Below are positions 57,437 to 64,000 of a DNA stretch of 64,000 nucleotides, one piece after another. The position numbers and the translations under genes are program-made. Position 1 is the first letter of the stretch, and every line of letters begins with the position of its first letter. The DNA is from an uncultured Rhodopirellula sp. (lineage in GTDB: Bacteria > Planctomycetota > Planctomycetia > Pirellulales > Pirellulaceae), in the NCBI GenBank assembly GCA_964007735.1, contig CAXGAI010000014.1, forward strand, positions 1 to 64,000, read 5' to 3'. A model generated the notes under the pieces. It was not told the origin of the DNA. It was given only the letters and a program-made list of their open reading frames with translations, and searched no databases.

Positions 57437-58858
57437 ATGAGAGTTGTTTTGGCGTGGCTATGTTTAATTTGCGGCATAGTTAACGTCTCTGCACAGGAGC
57501 AAGGCGAGCGTCCCAATGTGTTGTTCCTCGCGGTGGATGACTTAAATGATTGGATCGGAGTTTTAGGCGGACACACGCAGGCGAAAACGCCTCATCTCGA
57601 TCGACTGGCCAATAGCGGTGTTTTGTTTGATGCAGCTTATTGTGCTGCTCCGCTCTGTCACCCTTCTCGTACTGCAATCATGACCGGCCTGAGGAGTTCG
57701 ACAACGGGAATCTATGGTAACAAGACCTGGTTTCGGGAGCATCCCGACTTTAGTGACGTGGTGACTTTGCCCCAGTATTTTCGCAAACATGGTTATAAGG
57801 CCTGGACCGGAGGGAAAATTTTCCATCAGCCGTTTGGGAAGTTTTCCGATCCGATTTCTTGGGATGGTCAATATTCCACAAAGATGGGCACTCAGGCTCC
57901 CCCGGTGATGCAACGCTATAAACACGGCATGAAAGATCGGTTTGAAAATAAAATTCTTGCCAGATTAATCGATTGGGGACCGATTGATATACCTAAAGAA
58001 GAGACCCATGACTGGAAGACTGCCGAAGGTGCGGCGACATTCCTTAGACAAGAACACGAAAAACCATTCTTTCTTGCCTGTGGCATCTATCGCCCACATT
58101 TGCCCTGGTACGCTCCAAAAGAATTCTTTGACATGCACCCGCTCGAAGAAATTGAAGAGCCTCCTTTTCTTGAGATGGATCTTGACGATATTCCTGGTCG
58201 CGGCAAAGTGATGGCAGGCGTCGAATTTGACATCATACGTAAAGCAGGGAAATGGAAGGAAGGCATCCAGGGCTATCTAGCCGCCACCTCCTTTGCAGAC
58301 GCGTGCATTGGCCATGTCCTTGCCGCTCTTGAGAGCAGCAAATACAAGAATAATACGATGATTGTTTTGTGGGGTGATCACGGTTATCACATTGGTGACA
58401 AGCATCATTGGGCCAAATCCGCACTCTGGCAGCAGACTGCTAGAACACCACTCATCGTGAAGCTTCCCGAAGCCTTCGGTGGTCTGACAGGCCGAATTTG
58501 TAAACGGCCGGTAAGTCTGGTGGATTTATACCCCACTTTGGTTGACCTGTGTGGTCTTCCGGAACCTGATAGTCTTGATGGCCGAAGTTTTGCGAAATTG
58601 GTACACAAACCATCGTCATCGTGGCCGTTTCCGGCAGTGATTACACATTCACCACATTGGCACGGTGTGAATCATGCAGTGAGGTCCGATCGATACTACT
58701 ATATTCGATATCGAGATGGCGGGGAGGAATTGTACGATATGCTCACTGATCCCAATCAGTGGAATAATCTCGCCGAAGAAAGCGGGTATGCGGACCAGAT
58801 CGAAACGCTGAAAAAGTGGCTTCCCAAGACTAATGCGAAGCACTATCTGCAGCAGTAA
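57437..58858 (+). CDS. Sulfatase (iduronate-2-sulfatase/choline-sulfatase-like, Cys-type)
   Basis: PNVLFLAVDDLN, CHPSRTAIMTG, GKIFH, YRPHLPW, WGDHGYH.G.K..W.K. Confidence 0.95.
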   Translation: MRVVLAWLCLICGIVNVSAQEQGERPNVLFLAVDDLNDWIGVLGGHTQAKTPHLDRLANSGVLFDAAYCAAPLCHPSRTAIMTGLRSSTTGIYGNKTWFREHPDFSDVVTLPQYFRKHGYKAWTGGKIFHQPFGKFSDPISWDGQYSTKMGTQAPPVMQRYKHGMKDRFENKILARLIDWGPIDIPKEETHDWKTAEGAATFLRQEHEKPFFLACGIYRPHLPWYAPKEFFDMHPLEEIEEPPFLEMDLDDIPGRGKVMAGVEFDIIRKAGKWKEGIQGYLAATSFADACIGHVLAALESSKYKNNTMIVLWGDHGYHIGDKHHWAKSALWQQTARTPLIVKLPEAFGGLTGRICKRPVSLVDLYPTLVDLCGLPEPDSLDGRSFAKLVHKPSSSWPFPAVITHSPHWHGVNHAVRSDRYYYIRYRDGGEELYDMLTDPNQWNNLAEESGYADQIETLKKWLPKTNAKHYLQQ

Positions 58859-58946
58859 TCAGGAAATCGGTAGACTAATATTGTTTATCAAGTGGATGTT
58901 GGTAGACAGCGATAAAAAATCAGTTCAACAGTTGTAAACGTTCTCA

Positions 58947-61103
58947 ATGAAGTATTTCCTTATATTCCTGACAGGTCTGTTCTCAGTTGCCAACGCTTCA
59001 GCAGATGAAAAGCCGGAATACACTGATTATTGCAAGCAACTTGAGCACGAAATCCAAGGGCGTAAGCATGGGTTTTTGGCCGGTAATGTCACGTATTACG
59101 TGGGTGGTTTTCATGCTAGTTGGAATTTGATTGAAGATGAAACCATTGGTTTAACACATCCTATTCATCATGATCTCCGCAGTAGAGGCGTGGGAAGGCT
59201 TGAAAGTCAGATTCCGGGTGCCGAAAACACAGGAGTTGGCAACGATTTTAGTGGATGGGAGTTCTATAAAGACACACGCGTTCTGTATGGAAGCGTTATG
59301 TTGAATGGGGAAGAGATCAAGACTCCAAAGCCCACGAGCATGCTTTGGCGACCGGATAAAATGATCTGTGTTTACGAATTAGATGGGGTGACCATCCGGG
59401 AAGAGAAATTTATTGCGGCTAATGATGCAGCCGTATCGGTGATTACCGCCTCCCGTCCGATTGAACTCAGGTTCGAAGGCCATAGTTTCTATCATCGTAA
59501 TAGTGTTTCTTCCACTGCGACAATACAGGAACAGCCTGCGAATAATGTAATTGCTATTCTTGAAGGCGGCGAGGTAAAGTCCATTCCCGATCCGGATCGT
59601 TCGGAAAGGATTGGCCCCCACGTGTACACCGGAATGACGACCGTAGTGGCATCATCGCATGATTTTGCAGAATCGGTGACAACGCGTGTCGATGAACGAG
59701 GAGTGCAGCATTACAGCTTTACGGTGCCCTGTGATCAAAACGGAACGGCGGTCGGTTGGGCGATGCACGACGATCCTTTGAAGGCCGTCGCGAACGTGCG
59801 AAAGGCAGTAAAGGATCGTGCTCGTATGCTAAAGCAAAAGACGTTAGAAATGAATCGCCTGCTCAATGAAGAGGTTCCGTGGTTTCGTTGTCCAGATAAG
59901 AGGTTTGTTGAAACGTACTACTATTTGTGGGCGCTCTATCTGATGTACTACATCGATGTCGGCGAGGGGTGGGAACAGGAATCTCATACACAAACGGCCG
60001 TAAATAATTTTCTGGGTATGCATCGCTATGATGCAGCGTTTCAGATTAAGGTTGGAGCCTGGACGCGGGATAAGGCTAAATTTGCCTATGGGAATGTCCT
60101 TACATGGAAGCATCTGACTGAGAACCATCGTTTTAAGGAACTGGATAACGGAATTAGGATGTTGTCCGATAACAAAGGACGCTCATGGCATAGCGGCGCC
60201 TACGGGGGTGAAACTTCTGAACATGTAAAGGGTGCCTGGCAAATTTATGAACACACCGGTGACACGGAGTTTTTAAGAAAATGTTATGAAGGCCATTTTC
60301 GGACACTCTTCTGGAATCGCCTTACCGTGTTTGCCATGAATAGTTTCGAGGTGTATGAAATCCTGGAACAGATGGCAACCCTCACAGGAAATGACAAAGA
60401 TGTGGGGCATTGGCGTGAAATGTATCGGAGGGAGCCTGCACATATCCGTCGAATGTTTGCCGACCGATGGGAAGTAAATGGAATTTCTAACTTCTTTGCC
60501 GGCCCCCGTGATGGAATGATGATGACCAACTCATTCTGGGCGATGAGATCGAAGTATTTCCCCAAAGAGTATGCTGAGAAGATGGTTCAAGCATGGGCTT
60601 TTAATAAAGAGGAAGGGTTCTATGGCGACTTTTTCCCGCTGGCAATGTCGAAACGGGCAATGCAGAAGTTTAAGACGCCGGTGGATCATTCCTTTGGTTA
60701 TACTCCCGACACGGCGTATTTCACATTGGACGGTATGTTTCAACAGGGGCTTAGTAAGGAAGCGGCTGAACTGACTCTTAATCACATTCGAAATTATAAT
60801 TGGAGCGATGAGTGGAATGTTCCTGTTGCTCCCGAAGCCTATCGACGTAATGGTGCGCTCTTCGGAGATCAGTATTCAAACTTTAATGCCGGGAAGATTC
60901 TTCTGTATTTAGAAGGGCTTGCAGGTATATCTTATTCAGTGCAAGAGAGAAGGATTGTTGTCTCGCCTGCTTTGCCGAAGGCTTGGGAATGGATGGAGGT
61001 TCGATTGCCTGTTGATGGACAGTGGATCAGAGTTAGGTATTCACCTGATGGAATCGAGAGCAAAGGCGTAAAGTCTAACTGGAAATTACTCACCTCCTCC
61101 TAG
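58947..61103 (+). CDS. Secreted six-hairpin glycosidase-like protein (GH63/MGH1/GH65-like)
   Basis: Signal peptide; N-terminal beta-rich domain; PWFRCPD..FVETYYYLW, WQIYEHTGDTEFL, APEAY; C-terminal GLAGI...V.PALP..W. Confidence 0.65.
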   Translation: MKYFLIFLTGLFSVANASADEKPEYTDYCKQLEHEIQGRKHGFLAGNVTYYVGGFHASWNLIEDETIGLTHPIHHDLRSRGVGRLESQIPGAENTGVGNDFSGWEFYKDTRVLYGSVMLNGEEIKTPKPTSMLWRPDKMICVYELDGVTIREEKFIAANDAAVSVITASRPIELRFEGHSFYHRNSVSSTATIQEQPANNVIAILEGGEVKSIPDPDRSERIGPHVYTGMTTVVASSHDFAESVTTRVDERGVQHYSFTVPCDQNGTAVGWAMHDDPLKAVANVRKAVKDRARMLKQKTLEMNRLLNEEVPWFRCPDKRFVETYYYLWALYLMYYIDVGEGWEQESHTQTAVNNFLGMHRYDAAFQIKVGAWTRDKAKFAYGNVLTWKHLTENHRFKELDNGIRMLSDNKGRSWHSGAYGGETSEHVKGAWQIYEHTGDTEFLRKCYEGHFRTLFWNRLTVFAMNSFEVYEILEQMATLTGNDKDVGHWREMYRREPAHIRRMFADRWEVNGISNFFAGPRDGMMMTNSFWAMRSKYFPKEYAEKMVQAWAFNKEEGFYGDFFPLAMSKRAMQKFKTPVDHSFGYTPDTAYFTLDGMFQQGLSKEAAELTLNHIRNYNWSDEWNVPVAPEAYRRNGALFGDQYSNFNAGKILLYLEGLAGISYSVQERRIVVSPALPKAWEWMEVRLPVDGQWIRVRYSPDGIESKGVKSNWKLLTSS

Positions 61104-61146
61104 CCGAAACAGGTGGTCGTTTGGTCGGGGAATCGCCCCAAACGTC

Positions 61147-62079
61147 TTACGGAGTTTTTGCTCCTCGTTGTGCAGTGATTGCCTGATAGTGCTCGGGTGA
61201 ACGGTTTTTTTCAAAGTTAAGCATTGCTTCTTTATATACACGTGTGTCGTCTAAATTACAGTCGTGAATAATCAACTCATCCCCCGTGGTCTTGCTCTGC
61301 GCTACGATTTCACCTGACGGTGCAATAATGGAAGTTAAGCCAATTTGGCTTACACCTTCTTCCATTCCGGCTTTACCCACCGCTACCACCCAGCAACCAT
61401 TTTGGTACGCGCCGGCTTGCATGCACAACTGATGTTGGAAGTTTACCAGACGGTCCAGTTCCGGATGCTCGGGGATGTGGTCCGGGGTGTTGTAACCTAG
61501 TAATATCAGTTCTGCTCCGCCTAGTGCAAGAACGCGATACGTCTCAGACCATCGTCGGTCATTGCAAATACACATTCCGACCACACCACCGAATGCATTC
61601 CATGTTGGAAAACCTAAGTCGCCCGTTTCAAAATAACGCTTTTCCAGATTTTGAAACGGATTGTCGGGGCGGTGGTCCGCGTGTCCGGGTAGATGGATTT
61701 TTCGAAATCGTCCAATCACGTCTCCTTGCGCATCCACAAGAACACTGCTGTTAAATCTCCGTTTCCGGCCGTTACGCACACAGCGTTCGGCATAACCAAG
61801 ATGAACGCCGATTTGCAGACGTTGAGCTTCCTCGAATAAAGCTTGCGTTGTAACGCCCGGCACGGCGTCTTCATAATAAGTATCGAGCTCCGCTTCGTCT
61901 TCGATCCACCAGTGAGAGAAAAACGGTGTCAAAGCACATTCAGTGAAAACAATCAGGTCAGCACCAGCACTGGCAGCGTCCTGTAGCATGGAAATAAGTC
62001 GCTGCAATGTTTGTACACGCGTTTCGCTTCTGAGCACAGGTCCGCTTTGTGCTGCGGCGATTCGAATGATTCGCGCCAT
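61147..62079 (-). CDS. N-carbamoyl-D-amino acid hydrolase (nitrilase superfamily)
   Basis: E-K-C triad motifs FTECALT, RKIHLPGH and ICNDRRW.E; also LEKRYF, GYNTP and QAGAYQNG. Confidence 0.9.
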   Translation of the reverse strand: MARIIRIAAAQSGPVLRSETRVQTLQRLISMLQDAASAGADLIVFTECALTPFFSHWWIEDEAELDTYYEDAVPGVTTQALFEEAQRLQIGVHLGYAERCVRNGRKRRFNSSVLVDAQGDVIGRFRKIHLPGHADHRPDNPFQNLEKRYFETGDLGFPTWNAFGGVVGMCICNDRRWSETYRVLALGGAELILLGYNTPDHIPEHPELDRLVNFQHQLCMQAGAYQNGCWVVAVGKAGMEEGVSQIGLTSIIAPSGEIVAQSKTTGDELIIHDCNLDDTRVYKEAMLNFEKNRSPEHYQAITAQRGAKTP

Positions 62080-62172
62080 AATGAGCTCCAGTTTTTAAGA
62101 AGATAAAATAGTTGAATTTGTTAAGCTCTAGTTTTGATCATCCCGAAACGGAATCGTTAGGTATTCAAATCA

Positions 62173-62739
62173 ATGAGAGAAATGCCAGAGATTAACCATT
62201 GTATTCCAAATCGTAATGCGTTTTGGTGTGCTAAGTGTTATGTACACTCGCAGTTTTATTGCGAAACGGAGAGTGATGGTACGGCAAGGTACTCGTGCCG
62301 TGAGTGTGATTTTGCTATGTTCCTTCCAGGACAGATTGTGCCATGGAAAAACGGGTTATTACTTGGGACCCTTTTATTGGGTTTATTTGGTCTATTTCGT
62401 TTGCCTCATGAAATGATGACCTATTGGCAATGGTCGCCTGCCTGCCTGGCCTTTGCAGGATTCTTTGGTTTGATAGGGGGGATGATGTGGTTTCATATGA
62501 GGAACTACTCCCAATGGGCAGCTAGCCAAAGGTTGAAGAGTAATAGTGAACTGGAGAAAGAGGCGAATGAATTTGCAGCCTCTCCATATTATGAAATGAG
62601 TGACGAATTTGATAAATGGGCAGCGCAGTTTTTGAGTGAAACGGAATTACTGCAATTGCATGAGCGTTTTGATTGCAGGAAAAAGAAAACAGTTTCTAAG
62701 CCGAGTGATGAGTTGGAGCTACCACCGCTCGAAGATTAA
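62173..62739 (+). CDS. Hypothetical membrane protein with an N-terminal CxxC...CxxC zinc ribbon
   Basis: CAKC and CREC motifs, two TM segments and a charged C-terminus. Confidence 0.6.
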   Translation: MREMPEINHCIPNRNAFWCAKCYVHSQFYCETESDGTARYSCRECDFAMFLPGQIVPWKNGLLLGTLLLGLFGLFRLPHEMMTYWQWSPACLAFAGFFGLIGGMMWFHMRNYSQWAASQRLKSNSELEKEANEFAASPYYEMSDEFDKWAAQFLSETELLQLHERFDCRKKKTVSKPSDELELPPLED

Positions 62740-62756
62740 GGTGTCTGGAAAAAGCT

Positions 62757-63290
62757 TTAGCTGATGTAAAGGGATTGGTTATCGCCCAAATCCAAGCCCT
62801 TGCAGGAAAGCTTAGCCTTGAGTCCCCATTTGATTTCCTGTCTTTTGCGATGCCGATCAATGGAGGTGATACTGTTTCTAAAGCCCGTTGGGACAGATAT
62901 TTGGAAAGGAAAAGACTTTTCTGTGCCCGGCACGAAGTTTAGGTCTTCCGAGATCTGTACGCTGTCGTTGAAAAGAATTTCCGAATGTCTGGTCTCTTTC
63001 AGTTTCCCTTCGGAGTCTCGTTCTTCGTCAAACCAAATTAACTCTGCCTGTAGGGTAACACATAAGTTGTGGGCATCGATTTCTTTTCGGGGTACGACTC
63101 TGACATGTCCCTTAATCTCATCCCCTCCGGAATAACTTGAGCCGGGAAGTTCAAGATAAACGCTTCCCTTTGCGTATTTAAGTGCAAATACAGCGATGAT
63201 CCCAATGATAACGACCACGATTAAGCCTGTGATCAAAATGGATGACCAACCGGATTCGTTGACACTGACGATGAGGGGAGCTATTGGCAT
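62757..63290 (-). CDS. Membrane-anchored arrestin-N/SpoOM-like beta-sandwich protein
   Basis: N-terminal TM helix; Y..GDEIKGHV.V.....I....L.VTL, G.EKSFPFQISVP, I.W.LKAKL...GLDL. Confidence 0.55.
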   Translation of the reverse strand: MPIAPLIVSVNESGWSSILITGLIVVVIIGIIAVFALKYAKGSVYLELPGSSYSGGDEIKGHVRVVPRKEIDAHNLCVTLQAELIWFDEERDSEGKLKETRHSEILFNDSVQISEDLNFVPGTEKSFPFQISVPTGFRNSITSIDRHRKRQEIKWGLKAKLSCKGLDLGDNQSLYIS

Positions 63291-63327
63291 GGTGAAGTTA
63301 AGCTAAGTCCGAAATGAAGGCGGTGCT

Positions 63328-64000
63328 TTAAATTAGCTCCGCGATAGGTGTTCTTCCTTGGTCAACCAAATACTGGGGACGACCATGCAGATCGTCGATA
63401 GTAGCTGTGCGGGGATCGATACCAAGGTGGTGATAGAGCGTCGCAAAGACTTCCTGGAAGGCAACAGGGCGGTCGGCCGGTTCCGCAGCCTGACTGTCGG
63501 TAGCACCAATCACCTGCCCATGTTTCATTCCACCGCCAGCCATTAAAGCGCAGGCAACACGTGGCCAGTGATCGCGACCGACTTTGGCGCTAATCTTTGG
63601 TGTGCGTCCAAATTCACCCCAGACAAGGACTGCGGTATCTTTATCTAATCCGCGGTCATGCAGATCATCGATCAATGCGGTAATTGCCTTGTCGAAGATT
63701 GGGAAGTCCTCTTTCTCACGAGTAAAGATTCTGTTGTCGGCCCGGCCCTCCGCATTTAATCCACCATGCCAATCCCATTTGCTGTAGTTCACGGTGACTA
63801 CCCGGGCACCAGCCTCGATTAGTCGTCGAGCAGCGAGAAAGCTTTGTGGTACGCGCGGAGCACCATTGTAATCGATCATGATGTTAGGATCGCCTTCGCC
63901 ATATCGTTCTCTGACCTCATTGGATTCTCTGGATAGATCGAGGGCTTCGGCAAGTTTTGAACTGGTAAGAATCCCCATAGCCTGCTGTGTGAACGTGTCC
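63328..64000 (-). CDS. DUF1501 domain protein (unpartnered subtype; 5' end beyond the window)
   Basis: ARRLIEAGAR.V, WDWH, GEFGRTP, GRDHWP, D..GRP. The frame is open to the window edge (DTFTQQA precedes the Met at 63978). Confidence 0.9.
   Translation of the reverse strand, partial: DTFTQQAMGILTSSKLAEALDLSRESNEVRERYGEGDPNIMIDYNGAPRVPQSFLAARRLIEAGARVVTVNYSKWDWHGGLNAEGRADNRIFTREKEDFPIFDKAITALIDDLHDRGLDKDTAVLVWGEFGRTPKISAKVGRDHWPRVACALMAGGGMKHGQVIGATDSQAAEPADRPVAFQEVFATLYHHLGIDPRTATIDDLHGRPQYLVDQGRTPIAELI

Noticed and set aside
61118..61144. CGTTTGG...CCAAACG hairpin between convergent genes; a 10-mer is shared with the 31748 region
   Set aside because: The stem is only 7 bp with no U-tract, and a single 10-mer match is expected by chance.
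1..64000. CRISPR arrays, tRNA/rRNA genes, IS elements, prophage
   Set aside because: Intergenic gaps are short, and I saw no spaced direct repeats, cloverleaf structures, transposases, integrases or phage genes. A covariance-model scan was not possible.

Overview
Gene-dense bacterial window with about 42 CDS, two of them truncated at the edges. The gene content is typical of Planctomycetota (inferred, Pirellula-like): seven DUF1501 genes, two DUF1549/DUF1553 (PSCyt/PSD1) cytochrome c genes, a DUF1592/DUF1552 pair, two large PVC-type CxxCH beta-propeller/HEAT/cytochrome c proteins, three Cys-type sulfatases and several secreted beta-propellers. Many amide or C-N cleaving enzymes are also present: creatininase, MlrC/M81, DMFase-like, D-carbamoylase and PAL-like. 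I found no rRNA, tRNA, CRISPR array, IS or prophage. The most notable pattern is a module seen twice: a PSD1 cytochrome, one specific DUF1501 subtype, and a neighbouring PVC-type CxxCH protein with an esterase-like N-terminal domain. The DUF1501 copies split cleanly into a partnered and an unpartnered subtype. Other observations are a LamG domain split by a beta-propeller, a tandem PA14-like insert with one degenerate copy, a likely missed 55-aa Cys protein and candidate leaderless promoters. All family calls come from motif recognition by eye, and no database search was run.
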